A stretch of 61,603 nt of DNA, filler included, from Candidatus Delongbacteria bacterium (GCA_016937995.1; 6 parts of 6 records of this genome joined end to end with filler, not necessarily neighbours in it), one strand, 5' to 3'; counted from the first letter of the whole stretch, positions 1-11,208 are shown. Numbers and translations are program-made. Notes: generated by a model not told the origin, from the letters alone.

Positions 1-86
1 AGTCAGCTAAACATTATTTTTCCTGAAAGACTGGAAAAGTACATCAAATGAGAAAATGCCGTTTACACAAAATTCCTGACACTCCC
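1..86 (+). mobile_element. Right end of an IS256-family insertion sequence (transposase C-terminus plus right inverted repeat)
   Basis: Frame +1 reads SQLNIIFPERLEKYIK* (stop 49-51), resembling IS256/Mutator transposase C-termini. Positions 62-86 (revcomp GGGAGTGTCAGGAATTTTGTGTAAA) match the IS256-family TIR pattern. Confidence 0.8.
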
Positions 87-2741
87 TCCTTTGCCATTGA
101 AATAGCAGTCGTAAACAGAATAATTGTCACAGTTAAGAAGCCATAAGCCGTTACCACAATTGTCAAAAGAAGTTCGTGTAAGATTTACATGAGCTCCCTG
201 TGCATTTATACCCCAAAAAGCATTGTCAATTGTAGTAAAATATGTTGATACTGAACTACCGACTTCTGCTACTATTCCTTCCCAGCTTGAAGATGAAGTG
301 AATGTAGTGTATTCACCAGCTCTTAGAGTTCCTCCGTTAAGTATTGTAATTTTTGATCCCATACCACAATCTGTAGAAGTTGAAGGATTATATACAACTT
401 CAGCATCTGATTCTATAACCATTTCTGAATTATAGCCTAAAATCACAGAAGATAAAGGAATATATCTGAAATCAATGTTTGAACCTGTACCAAGAGACAA
501 TTTTGAATTGTCTAATATAATTATGTTACCAAGAATATTATTTAAATTACCTGTAATTTTTGCATTTCCTTCAACCTTTATAATTGAACCTTCTTCAAGT
601 ATAAAATTTGCACCAGTTTCTATTACTAACTCTGAACCTTCTTTTAAAGTAATTTCTGTCCCTGATTGTACATTAATAGATGCTCCAGACATTATATTAA
701 ATGTTGAACCATCATTTAGAGTTAATAAACTGCCTTCAATTAAATTAAAATCTGAATGATAAAAAGAAGATTGTCCTTCAATAGAAATATCATAATGGTC
801 AAGCCTAAAATCATATATTCTTGTACCTTCATTGAAATTTAATTCAGAATTAAATAGTTCTATTTCACCATTCAGTGGTTGAAATTCAGAACCAGAATAC
901 ATATTCAACTTAGCATTTTCTAATCTTAGACTTGCATTACTTAATAACTGGAGAAAAGCATTTTCCTCAACAAACATATTCGTATTAGAAACTAGAGTAG
1001 TTTTAGATGAAGGAAGATCGGGATCTCCAATAATTAATTCTAAATTTTTATCAACATAAAAATTCTCTCCAATGTAACCATCTCCACGAATTTGAAGACC
1101 ATATTCACCATCTAATAATTTTCTAGAATTTGTATTTGTAATAGGATTTGAGTAGTAATTTCTATATATTGTTAAATCTGCATAATCTCCATATTGGTTA
1201 TTATATATTTCATCAATATAAATTGCGATATTAGTTTCATTTTCTTTCCATGATCTTGTAGATGGTCTTGTTGTTGGAGTAAACATATTCCGATCAGTAC
1301 CATTAAAAAAATCTGTTGGTAATGATTGATTAAAAAATTTGAACCCCATTTCTAATGCAATTTCCCACCATGCTTGTTTACCTCCTTCCATAAAATAGTA
1401 TCTTTTAGAAGCATGGTCATCTAGCCAATCATTTACTTTTTTACCAAAAAACCATTTCCCGTTCTTTGTTTCATCATCGAAAGCTAAATTCGGATCTCTA
1501 TAATACTCGTCACCTTCTTCAGCTTCTGGATAGGGAACAGCACATTCAATATCTATTATTGATACCATATTTGTGTACATCAACTTGCTGATTGCATGAG
1601 AAATTAAAATACCCTTACTCTCTCCATCTTGATACATTGGTGCAATATTATCAAATCCTTTCCCATTTCTAAACTCAATAACAAATTTTTGATTATTAAC
1701 CATATCACCATTAATTTCATCTTCTTCTGGGATATCAATGTTATTAACGGGAATACTTATTACTTGTTTTATCCCATTCATTAAATCTACATTAAGGTAA
1801 TCATCTCTTATTGCTTTTATTGTTATATTGGTTTTATTATTTGTATCATCTTCTTCAATTACTAAGTGCCTATTATTAAACACTAATTCATTTTTTAATA
1901 AATCTATTGTATGAAATGGTCTTAAACCATATAATGAATATTGGGATGACCACCCTAATGATCTACACATATTGTCATATGGTCCACTTGAACAAAATGT
2001 ATTTCCTATGTTCACACCATCTATCTTACCATGATATTGTTCATCGTCCCAACCCGAATCATTAAATATTCTAATCATATGACCTAATTCATGAGATATC
2101 AATATTGTGGTTTCACTCAAATAGTCATGTCTGTAATTTGCATGACAAAGACTTTCACCTGACCAATGACCTCCTTCAGATAGCCCAGGTAACATCAGTA
2201 ATACTCCATGTTTTTCTATTCCAGTTCTATCTGTCATCTCTGTCCATGTTTCCTCACCGACTGTTGAGATAATATCTTCTTTAAAAATAGTATATCCTGT
2301 GCCATCAGGTAATACCCAATATTCATCAGATTGTGATCCACTAGGTGGATTTTCAAAAATGATTTCTAGGTCTGAAATGTTATTTCTCGAATTATCTTTA
2401 AACATTGCTTTCCAAAATTCTTTCATCGCAATTGGAAGAAAATCACGATACAAATAATCACCGTTATTAATAATATAGTCATCTATCATTATAAGTGACG
2501 AGTTATAATCGGGATCTGGGACTTTGAACAATATAGGGAAGTTTGGATTTTGGTTGATATCAGTGTGTATCCTTTGAAATGCTAAATAAGGTTCTGGGTT
2601 AGAATTATAACTTCCTATAAAAGTGTGAATAACCCATTTTGGATCTGGATCAGGTGGTGGTGGATCTTCGTCCTTTAATTCTTGTCCTAATGTTAAATTA
2701 AATAACATTAAGTAGAGTGCGAAAATGATTATTTTTTTCAT
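63..2741 (-). pseudogene. Secreted zinc metalloprotease (M6/immune inhibitor A-like) with beta-helix repeats, C-terminally truncated by the IS256-like element
   Basis: Signal peptide MKKIIIFALYLMLF and HELGH zinc motif. The C-terminal beta-helix region resembles that of 57786-61130. The final residues GSVRNFV* are read from the IS inverted repeat, and no T9SS CTD is present. Confidence 0.7.
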
Positions 2742-2771
2742 TTGATATTTCCTCATTAAATTTAATTTGTA

Positions 2772-4337
2772 TTATTTAAGGTACAACATTTTTTTATTAT
2801 TTATGAGAAATCCGTCTATTTTTAAATTGTAGTAATAAACTCCACTATTCAAATTGATTGCTTTGAATGTAGCTGAATGTATTCCTTTATTTACTACCCC
2901 ATTAACTAAATTTTGTATAAATTGACCATTTGAATTATATATATTAATCTCGACATTTCCAATATTATCAAGTACATAATCTATGTTTGTTTCATTATTA
3001 AATGGATTAGGGTAATTCTGTTCTAACTCATTATTATTTATTGTCAATTGTTCGTTGTTCATGATCCCTGTTGTCCAATTAAATATTGGATATCCATTAT
3101 TTATTATTTTTTCATCATCTTGCCAAATATTAATAAAATCCCAATCCATATACGTATTATCTGTATATGGAAATATCATTTCTGATGTTACTCTACCTTC
3201 TCCTGCAGCTGAATAGGCTTGCGTACTTGTTTCGGTATTCCAATATGAATTATAAACAAAGGGTATACTGATTGAATCAATATAACCAATAAAACCACCA
3301 ACATTCGAATTGCCATTAACAGCACCATAAGAATAGCAATTTTTTATTTCTGTACTATCTGGTATGCCTCCTGTGTATTCAGATACAAAACCTGCAACTA
3401 AATCATTTCCTTCAACATTTACTGAAGAATAACAATTTTTAATCAAAACAAATTCAGGACTTTGATCAAGTAAACCAATTTGTGCAATAAAACCACCAAC
3501 ATTATTACCTGTAGATTGTATTGATCCGATTGTAAAACAATTTTCAACCACGGTATTTTTATTAACTTGTACATTTATTGAAAATAAACCCCCGATAAAA
3601 TCATCGTTTGAACTTATATTAACAGATGCAGAACAGTTTTTTATCAACTCAATATCAATAGTTTCAGCCATTAATCCAGCAACAAATCTACCATTGCTTG
3701 TTATTGTTACCTCAGAGGTACAATTTTTTATAGATTGAGCCTGATATATTCCTCCCATACCTCCAATCATTGTTCCACCAGTACTTATAATTTCTCCCTT
3801 CACATGGCAATTTTCAATATAATAACCTTCAAAAAAATACATTAATAAACCTAAACCTCCAAAACCTTCTATAATTCCTTCTACAGTACAATCAGTTACT
3901 ATATCATTATAGGATATAGCGACTATACCTCCAATACTTCCTTGTCCAGTAATGTTTATATTATTAAGATTGATATTTGTAAATATACAATCTAGGCTAG
4001 AGCCAAATAAACCTAAATCGCTTTCTTCAGGTCTATTTATAAACATATTTTTAATTTCAAAATCATTTCCATCATAATTCCCTCTGAATGATTTTGTAGA
4101 ATCAAATGGATTATAATCTCCTATCGGATTCCAACCTTCTCCTTCATTCCATGGTGCAACTCCAAGGTCAATATTTGCTGTTTGAATAAAACTTGATTCT
4201 AAATAATTACGAATATTATCCAAGTCTTCAGCTGTTTCAACCTGATAAGGATCAAGCACTGTTCCCGAACCACCTGAAAATTGAGCATAGGTTATGATTT
4301 GAAATAGAATTATTGGAATTATTATAAGTTTTTTCAT
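2772..4337 (-). CDS. Secreted GLUG-repeat protein with T9SS-type C-terminal sorting domain
   Basis: Signal peptide; FSGGSGT..DPYQV motif; repeated VGGFIG/GLUG units; C-terminal LEQNYPNPFN...KKMLYLK. Confidence 0.85.
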   Translation of the reverse strand: MKKLIIIPIILFQIITYAQFSGGSGTVLDPYQVETAEDLDNIRNYLESSFIQTANIDLGVAPWNEGEGWNPIGDYNPFDSTKSFRGNYDGNDFEIKNMFINRPEESDLGLFGSSLDCIFTNINLNNINITGQGSIGGIVAISYNDIVTDCTVEGIIEGFGGLGLLMYFFEGYYIENCHVKGEIISTGGTMIGGMGGIYQAQSIKNCTSEVTITSNGRFVAGLMAETIDIELIKNCSASVNISSNDDFIGGLFSINVQVNKNTVVENCFTIGSIQSTGNNVGGFIAQIGLLDQSPEFVLIKNCYSSVNVEGNDLVAGFVSEYTGGIPDSTEIKNCYSYGAVNGNSNVGGFIGYIDSISIPFVYNSYWNTETSTQAYSAAGEGRVTSEMIFPYTDNTYMDWDFINIWQDDEKIINNGYPIFNWTTGIMNNEQLTINNNELEQNYPNPFNNETNIDYVLDNIGNVEINIYNSNGQFIQNLVNGVVNKGIHSATFKAINLNSGVYYYNLKIDGFLINNKKMLYLK

Positions 4338-4740
4338 ATTGTTTGGTCTCAAAATTATAAATTATCTTAAATTGCTTCGTTAATTTAATAATATTTATAT
4401 GTTTATGAGAGTCTAATTTTCACATTCTCTTAATTCCTTTTTTACTTCAAGCTATCATGAACGACTTTACAAGTCTTTACATTTACTTCATTATTATTTC
4501 ACATCTCTCAAAAAAAAACCGAGTAATCCTAATTACATATATAAAGAAAAAAAAATCATTTATCAAGCAAATAATTAATTATTTCCTGGAAAGAATTATA
4601 CTAATTTGTGATTTTGCCAACAGCAACATCCTTATTTCACATGATTATTACTCAAATTATTCACTTTACATTAAACAAATTGAATAATAAATTGACACAC
4701 AGGGTTTGTAGAACTAATTCTTAAAAGAAAAATAAACAAG

Positions 4741-4821
4741 GGCTAACATTGGCAAATATCAATGGTTACTTGGAGAGTTTACTAGGTTTATCACCACTAC
4801 TTTTTGCCATGTCCGTTAGCG
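4741..4821 (+). other. attC-like integron recombination site (attC1)
   Basis: GGCTAAC-ATTGGCAAA...TTTTTGCCAT-GTCC-GTTAGCG: R''/L''...L'/R' imperfect inverted repeat, 81 bp, with arms shared with 5905-5977. Confidence 0.7.
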
Positions 4822-4871
4822 GACAAATGCTGTGCTTAGGGGATTGAGTAGTGATTTAGAGAACAAAAGCG

Positions 4872-4900
4872 TTGCAAAATTAGATTTTATGAATTATATT
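4872..4900 (+). promoter_or_regulatory. Sigma70-type promoter for the abi cassette
   Basis: TTGCAA-17 bp-TATATT directly upstream of the leader hairpin and the abi gene. Confidence 0.6.
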
Positions 4901-4906
4901 TCACTC

Positions 4907-4955
4907 AGAATACCCGCCAAGCCTCTTCATGAAAGCTTAATTCTGGCGGGTTTTA
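4907..4955 (+). ncRNA. Putative abiF-type RNA (leader/antitoxin hairpin)
   Basis: ACCCGCCA (4912-4919) pairs with TGGCGGGT (4944-4951), followed by a T tract. It lies between the promoter and an Abi_2-family gene, where abiF RNA motifs typically occur. Confidence 0.55.
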
Positions 4956-4973
4956 TCATTTAATGGAGTAGTT

Positions 4974-5888
4974 ATGAAGTATGAAAAAGAACCTTTAACA
5001 TTTCAAGATCAAGCTGAATTATTACTATCCCGCGGATTGATAGCTGAAAAACCTGAGTTAGTTGAAAAGTTGAATTCAGTTAATTATTATCGTTTAAGCG
5101 GATACTTCTTTCCTTTTCAGGATAAATCAACTGACAAATTCTACAAGAATACAGAATTTTCAAAAATTTGGAACAGGTACATTTTTGATAGACAGCTCAG
5201 GCTTTTGGTTTTAGATGCCATTGAAAGATTAGAAGTATCGATTAAAACTAATTCTGCATATCACTTTAGCCACAGATTCGGTGCATTTGGACATCTTGAT
5301 AACAATAACCTACCAAAAATGAGCGATTTCTACCACAAGGAATGGTTAAAGAAGATCGGAGAAGAAACAAATCGAAGTAAAGATATTTTTGTTTCTCATT
5401 TCTTCTCAAAGTATGGAGACAACCATGAAAGTCTTCCTTTGTGGATGCTAGTTGAAGTTATTCCATTTGGTTCTCTACTGAATTTCTATAAAGGAATGGA
5501 TCCAAGTCTGAAAAGACTCGTAGCTCAAAATTATAAGATTCCATACCAAGTACTCAATTCTTGGCTGACTTCAATAAACAGTATCAGAAATATTTGTGCT
5601 CATCATTCAAGATTATGGAACAGAGTTATACCATATAAACCTCAAATTCTTTCTGCCCACAAGCATCCTGAATGGCATGAGAATTCTATTGATAATTCTA
5701 GGCTTTTCTCGATTTTGACTATATTGAAATATCTTATGAATGAAATAGCACCTCAAAGTGGCTGGAAATACCGATTACTTGACCTTCTAAAATCACCTAA
5801 GTATGACATTCCATTATTTCAAATGGGATTTCCGGATAATTGGGAGAGTATGAAATTATGGAAGGATGTCTTCGAAGGAGATCGATAA
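4974..5888 (+). CDS. Abi family (AbiD/AbiF, Abi_2) HEPN RNase, abortive infection/toxin
   Basis: Q..LL.SRGL, VNYYRLSGY, YIFDRQLR.L...IERLEV, PLWMLVE and the HEPN RxxxxH motif IRNICAHHSRLWN; GGAG RBS. Confidence 0.9.
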   Translation: MKYEKEPLTFQDQAELLLSRGLIAEKPELVEKLNSVNYYRLSGYFFPFQDKSTDKFYKNTEFSKIWNRYIFDRQLRLLVLDAIERLEVSIKTNSAYHFSHRFGAFGHLDNNNLPKMSDFYHKEWLKKIGEETNRSKDIFVSHFFSKYGDNHESLPLWMLVEVIPFGSLLNFYKGMDPSLKRLVAQNYKIPYQVLNSWLTSINSIRNICAHHSRLWNRVIPYKPQILSAHKHPEWHENSIDNSRLFSILTILKYLMNEIAPQSGWKYRLLDLLKSPKYDIPLFQMGFPDNWESMKLWKDVFEGDR

Positions 5889-5904
5889 AAGCACAGCATT
5901 CAAC

Positions 5905-5977
5905 TGCTAACATTGGCAAAATGGTTCTTGTCCCGACTTGTTACTTTAGATGTCACTTTTTGCCATGACCGTTGTGT
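5905..5977 (+). other. attC-like site (attC2) closing the abi cassette
   Basis: TGCTAAC-ATTGGCAAA...TTTTTGCCAT-GACC-GTTGTGT, 17 bp after the abi stop. Its R'' (GCTAAC) complements the cassette-start GTTAGC at 4815. Confidence 0.7.
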
Positions 5978-6042
5978 ACACTTCCACAACTATGGCAAAA
6001 TGGCATTAACGTAATCATCTATGGGTCCGAATGCTTTAGCAC
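5972..6042 (+). repeat. Empty cassette plus partial attC-like repeat, with a second copy at 40987-41056 (minus strand)
   Basis: TTGTGTACACTTCCACAAC...GGCAAAATGGC...ATCATCTATGGGTCCGAATGCTTTAGCAC is near-identical to the revcomp of 40987-41056. Confidence 0.7.
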
Positions 6043-6163
6043 CTTACTTCACTTCCCCAGACAACAATAAAAATAATATCATAATATAATACTTTCACAG
6101 TAGTAAAAATCTATTTTAATTTCTCATATACATCTGCTTTGGACTCTTCGGAGAATCAATCTT

Positions 6164-8536
6164 TTATTTCTTCTTCCTCAATCCGAGTATGATCAGCAAC
6201 AACAAAGTTAATACACCAATAATACTCATTATCTTAGAAAAATTGTACGGTTTTGAAATATATTTAAAAATTATCTTATGCTTTCCTTTCGGGAGTTCTA
6301 TTGCCCTGAAAGTAAGGTCTGCTTTAAATATCTCAAGTTCTTTTCCGGATTCATCATATGCATGCCAATACGGGAAATAGTTATCGGTCATAACTACTAA
6401 TCCATTCTCCTGCATATCTGCTTCAAGATACACTTCATTACCAACATACTTGTAATTGGTTACAATTCCTGCTACAGTGGTGTCTATGTAACTTAAAGAT
6501 GGTTTCTTTTCAAGGATAACAGTCTTTGATACATCAATATCACCTTTCAACCTCTGAACGATATTATTCTCTTCTTCAATGATCTCATAATCCGATACCA
6601 CAAAAGCCCTTGGCAAATAGGACGGATTTTGAATTACTTCAGCTTTACCTTCTTTATCTTTATAAAGGATGAATCTTGCACCTGCAATACTAAGAAAGTT
6701 ATTATTCTGGTAATTATTCAGATCTTTTGTGATATTTGAATCAATATTTACACCTTCTTTGTTTGTACCTCTGAATTTCCTGTACCACTTAAGTTCATTA
6801 TCATGAAATCCTTTCACTGTCGTAACACCGTGAATAGGCAGCTGATTATCCCCGAACATATTCAAATTCAATACTCTAAAATAACCTTCTTTGGATTCCA
6901 GTTCCCTTAACTGTTGGGTCAGCTTAACATCTGTAAATTTAATACCGAGATCCTGAACAGGAACAGTCTTGATGAACTTTTTGTTTATCCTGTACGAATC
7001 AATGAATATAAGAACTGTGATGACAGTAAAGAACGTAATAAGATTGATGTTCTTCTTCAGATATAAATAGATAGATAGAGCTGATAATGAGATAAGGACA
7101 CTTGAGAATATTATACCCTGTCGTATAATACCAAGATAATTTTCGTCCGGCATTTTTTCAGGTGAAAAAATACTTTTATATAACGACATCATACCTGATA
7201 ATGAGAATGCGAATAACATACCTATCAATAATATAGCGGGAATAATATAGATCAGCTTCTTTGATGTTCTTGCAGAAAACTCTTCATTGTTCTCTGAGAT
7301 CTGATCAATCAGGATCGAACTGACAATAGCTAAGACAAAAGACAGAATGAACAGGATCATTCCCTGTCCCCTGAAAAGATTCACTCCCGGAATTATTTTA
7401 TACGCAAGCCAGAACAAAGGTGTGTGATCTACAAGAGAATATAGTAACGTAAAAACACCAAAGCTCATGAAGAAAATGATATCCTTCCTATGCTTACCTT
7501 TGTAAATAAAGATCGCCAGTATACTCAAAAACAGGATTATAACACCTGAATATTCACTGTTGAGCTTGAAAGGATTTCTACCCCAGTATGAATTTGCACC
7601 TGCTTCAGCTTCTTTTTTGTAAACTTCGTACTGTTCCTGAGTAGTCACATTCACAAAATGAGATAATCTGTTCTCACCACAAAATTCAGGTACTATCAAT
7701 GAAAAAGCTTCTTCAGGATGAACTCCCCATGAACAGGCATGCTCAAAAGAGGTCTTTGATTCAGTACCTCTGATAGAGAACTGCTTGGAGTAAATATATG
7801 GAGGTATCAACTGAACTGCTCCAATGAATAGCGCAAGGACTATTCCCAGCCAGAAAAAAGAAAATTTCTTAGATACAGGTTTGATATCTTTATCGCTGAC
7901 ATATTCTGAGATCGATTTATAAACTGCATAGAAAAACAGGAACCACAGCGAAAAATAAGTTGTCTGAACATGGGATGACAATATCATAAATCCGACCGTT
8001 CCACCAAAGTAGATCATGTTCTTGAAATTATTTCCTGCCAATCCTTTGTGTAGGAAATTAAAAGCTAAAGGCAGTAAAGCTGCCACATACATCTTGGCAT
8101 CATGCCCCGGATAGACCAGAGTAACTATCATCGGTGCTGACATGTAAGCTACTGAACCAAATATTGCCGAATATTTTTTTAGTCCATAGTTCCTTAATGC
8201 TATGAACATGAAAACACCTGACAGGAATACATGAATAACCAGCTTCAGACCAAGAGCTTTGTAAAGCGGAATGAAGAATTTCATGAATGCCGCAGGATAA
8301 AACGTATCCCCGTGAGTAGCATCTATGAATGGAATACCACCTGAAATAAATCTGTCCCACAAAGGGAATTCCCAGTATTCTCTGAAAAAATCAGCATATA
8401 GTTTTCTGAAGAAAATACCACTCTCCAGCTGATCTGAACTGAAAAGAACATTGTTGGTAAAAATAAATTCATGGAATAGTATTATTGTGACCAGCAGGAA
8501 TAATAGATAAGGTAGATATTTCTTCATTTTTTCCAT
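6164..8536 (-). CDS. YfhO-family polytopic membrane protein (GT-C-like glycosyltransferase)
   Basis: Many TM helices; PLWD..ISGG.PF..; C-terminal LPRAF, YFPYWHAY and ADLTFRAIELPKGKHKI.F.Y motifs. Confidence 0.8.
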   Translation of the reverse strand: MEKMKKYLPYLLFLLVTIILFHEFIFTNNVLFSSDQLESGIFFRKLYADFFREYWEFPLWDRFISGGIPFIDATHGDTFYPAAFMKFFIPLYKALGLKLVIHVFLSGVFMFIALRNYGLKKYSAIFGSVAYMSAPMIVTLVYPGHDAKMYVAALLPLAFNFLHKGLAGNNFKNMIYFGGTVGFMILSSHVQTTYFSLWFLFFYAVYKSISEYVSDKDIKPVSKKFSFFWLGIVLALFIGAVQLIPPYIYSKQFSIRGTESKTSFEHACSWGVHPEEAFSLIVPEFCGENRLSHFVNVTTQEQYEVYKKEAEAGANSYWGRNPFKLNSEYSGVIILFLSILAIFIYKGKHRKDIIFFMSFGVFTLLYSLVDHTPLFWLAYKIIPGVNLFRGQGMILFILSFVLAIVSSILIDQISENNEEFSARTSKKLIYIIPAILLIGMLFAFSLSGMMSLYKSIFSPEKMPDENYLGIIRQGIIFSSVLISLSALSIYLYLKKNINLITFFTVITVLIFIDSYRINKKFIKTVPVQDLGIKFTDVKLTQQLRELESKEGYFRVLNLNMFGDNQLPIHGVTTVKGFHDNELKWYRKFRGTNKEGVNIDSNITKDLNNYQNNNFLSIAGARFILYKDKEGKAEVIQNPSYLPRAFVVSDYEIIEEENNIVQRLKGDIDVSKTVILEKKPSLSYIDTTVAGIVTNYKYVGNEVYLEADMQENGLVVMTDNYFPYWHAYDESGKELEIFKADLTFRAIELPKGKHKIIFKYISKPYNFSKIMSIIGVLTLLLLIILGLRKKK

Positions 8537-8573
8537 TTTTACTCTCAGTTGTGTTTATTATATCATCGTGCCC

Positions 8574-8597
8574 GGGCGTAATGAATTACGCCCCTAC
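8574..8597 (-). repeat. GTAG-type REP palindrome
   Basis: Revcomp GTAGGGGCGTAATTCATTACGCCC; same family as the copies at 20585 and 25868. Confidence 0.7.
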
Positions 8598-8623
8598 TTC
8601 TGACTTCTGATTTCTGCCCACTA

Positions 8624-9922
8624 TTAATTCATCGCTCCGCTTGTCATTTCTTTGAAAAGATCTTCATTACTGTCTGTATGGTTCATTTTCTCTTTAACGA
8701 ACTTTAAAGCTTCGGAATTTGACATTGGTGCTAAGATCTTTCTTAAAATCCAGACTTTATTCAATGTTGATTTGTCCATAAGAAGTTCTTCTTTTCTGGT
8801 ACTTGATTTATTAATATCTATTGCAGGATATAGTCTCATTTCAGCAAGTCTTCTTTCAAGTGTAAGTTCAAGGTTACCTGTTCCTTTGAACTCCTCAAAG
8901 ATCACCTCGTCCATTCTACTTCCTGTGTCAATAAGAGCTGTAGCTATAATAGTTAAACTTCCACCGTCTTCAAGGTTCCTTGCAGCTCCATAGAATCTCT
9001 TAGGCTCGTAAAGTGCGTTCGCATCAACACCACCGGAAAGGATCCTTCCACTGTGAGGAGCAACGGCATTATAAGCTCTTGCAAGCCTTGTAATACTGTC
9101 CAGAAGAATAACAACATCTTTACCATACTCTACATCTCTTTTCGCTTTCTCAAGGACCATACGAGCAACACTGATATGCTTTTCAGGTTTCTCATCGAAA
9201 GTTGAACTCACCACTTCTCCGTTGATAGTTCTCTGCATCTCAGTAACCTCTTCAGGTCTCTCATCGATCAGAAGCATAATAACTTTTGCATTTGGATTAC
9301 TTTCCGCTATTGCATTAGCGACCTGACGCAGAATGGTTGTTTTACCGGCCTTAGGTGGAGAAACGACCAAAGCTCTCTGCCCCTTACCTATCGGACAGAA
9401 AAGATCAAGGATCCTTAAAGTCTCGTTATCCTGCTTGAATTTTTTATTCTCAAGAATGAATTTTTCATTAGGGTGTAATGGAGTAAGGTTCTCGAACATC
9501 AATCTTTGCTTTATCTCTTCAGGTGGTGCATCATTAACAGAATCGATCTTCAGCAGAGCAAAATATTTTTCCCCTTCTTTCGGTGATCTGATCTGACCGG
9601 AGATGTAATGACCGGTTCTAAGACCGAATTTTTTGATCTGGGCTGGAGAAACATAAATATCGTTCTTTCCCTGCTGGAAATTAGTGTTCGGTGACCTTAG
9701 AAATCCGTACTTGTTATCTTTGTCAAGATTCACTACTTCCAAAAGACCATCACCTTCCAGTGTGTCTTCATCTTCAGTATTACCCTCAAGGATCTTAAAA
9801 ATAAGCTCCTGTTTAAGCATAGTGGCATAATCTTCTATACCGATCTTGATCGCTATTTCAGTAAGCTCACGCACTGTTTTACTCTTAAGAGTTTTCAAAT
9901 CCAATTTTGAAACGTCATCCAT
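8624..9922 (-). CDS. rho: Transcription termination factor Rho
   Basis: [42 protein letters not shown] and [11 protein letters not shown] motifs. Confidence 0.98.
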   Translation of the reverse strand: MDDVSKLDLKTLKSKTVRELTEIAIKIGIEDYATMLKQELIFKILEGNTEDEDTLEGDGLLEVVNLDKDNKYGFLRSPNTNFQQGKNDIYVSPAQIKKFGLRTGHYISGQIRSPKEGEKYFALLKIDSVNDAPPEEIKQRLMFENLTPLHPNEKFILENKKFKQDNETLRILDLFCPIGKGQRALVVSPPKAGKTTILRQVANAIAESNPNAKVIMLLIDERPEEVTEMQRTINGEVVSSTFDEKPEKHISVARMVLEKAKRDVEYGKDVVILLDSITRLARAYNAVAPHSGRILSGGVDANALYEPKRFYGAARNLEDGGSLTIIATALIDTGSRMDEVIFEEFKGTGNLELTLERRLAEMRLYPAIDINKSSTRKEELLMDKSTLNKVWILRKILAPMSNSEALKFVKEKMNHTDSNEDLFKEMTSGAMN

Positions 9923-9936
9923 GATTTTTCCCTTTT

Positions 9937-11202
9937 TTATATTATTTTTTTTATTCTGTCTTCATGCTCTTCCAGAAAATCACCGAGAATGAAATGCGAT
10001 CCTGTAATAATTATCATATCGCCTTCTCTGTAATTACTCAAAGCTGATTTGTAGCCGTCAACTACATTTTCATAAAAGCTGACACCCTCATTTATATTAA
10101 ATTTATTACAAACATGCTCAAGATCATCAATTTTTAGTATCCTGGGATTCTTTGATCCTACAAAATATTTATCGGTCCTGAAAGACAACATTTTTTTCAC
10201 TGTCCCAACATGATCCTTGTCTTTTACTGTCCCTGATATCAAATGCACCTTATTTATTTTCAAATCCTTCAAATACCCTTTCAATTCGTTCAGACCCTGT
10301 ATATTATGGGCTGCATCTATCATAACAAAAGGTTCTTTTGAAATTACTTCCATTCTGCCTTTGACAGTAAAATTCTCTATAGCTTTTACCGTTTTAATGC
10401 TTGTTACAGGAAGTACTGTTCTTATCGATTTTAAAGCTTTAACAACAGTCCTGAAATTCTCCTTCTGGTAATTTCCTATCATCCAGAAGACAGAATTAAA
10501 AATCTCGTTCCCATATGTGAATGTAACCTTACCATTCCTGAATCTGCAAGCTTTCCGATCTACCTCAATACACCTGGAATTCTTTTTCTTGGCATAGGAT
10601 TTTATGATCTTCTTTGCAGAAAGTTTATCAACATTGAATACGACGGGGACCTTTTCCTTGATGATCCCTGCTTTCTCACGGGCGATCTCGACAATAGAAT
10701 TCCCGAGATGAGCAGTGTGGTCAATATCAATTCCAGTTATAACCGAAAGGACCGGAGTAATGACATTGGTCGAATCCATCCTGCCTCCAAGTCCTGCCTC
10801 AATCACTGCTACATCCACGTTATTGTCAATAAAATACTTGAATGCTATTGCTGTTGAAGCCTCAAAGAATGTGCAATTATACTTTTCAATACCGGTCTTC
10901 AGAAATTTTATCAGTTCTGAAAGCTTTTCATTGGAGATCATCTCTCCATCGATCCTGAATCTTTCATTGAAGGAAACAAGATGAGGTGATGTGAACAGAC
11001 CTGTTTTGTACCCGTTCGATGTTAATATCTGGGAGATCATGTTCGAAGTAGATCCTTTGCCATTTGTTCCCGCAATATGTATGGTCGCTAATTTGTCTAT
11101 GTCAATATTCCCATGTTTTAAAAGGCTGTCTATGTTCTCTAAACCTAATTTCATGGCGAACATTCCCCTGTCGTAGAGGAATTGTATTTCTTTATCTATC
11201 AT
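9937..11202 (-). CDS. folC: Folylpolyglutamate synthase/dihydrofolate synthase
   Basis: IHIAGTNGKGS, FTSPHL, EAGLGGRMDSTN, EKAGIIK and DAAHN motifs. Confidence 0.95.
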   Translation of the reverse strand: MIDKEIQFLYDRGMFAMKLGLENIDSLLKHGNIDIDKLATIHIAGTNGKGSTSNMISQILTSNGYKTGLFTSPHLVSFNERFRIDGEMISNEKLSELIKFLKTGIEKYNCTFFEASTAIAFKYFIDNNVDVAVIEAGLGGRMDSTNVITPVLSVITGIDIDHTAHLGNSIVEIAREKAGIIKEKVPVVFNVDKLSAKKIIKSYAKKKNSRCIEVDRKACRFRNGKVTFTYGNEIFNSVFWMIGNYQKENFRTVVKALKSIRTVLPVTSIKTVKAIENFTVKGRMEVISKEPFVMIDAAHNIQGLNELKGYLKDLKINKVHLISGTVKDKDHVGTVKKMLSFRTDKYFVGSKNPRILKIDDLEHVCNKFNINEGVSFYENVVDGYKSALSNYREGDMIIITGSHFILGDFLEEHEDRIKKII

Positions 11203-11208
11203 CTTAAA

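Noticed and set aside
4457-4687. 76-aa ORF in an AT-rich intergenic region
   Set aside because: Low complexity, no RBS or motif; probably spurious.
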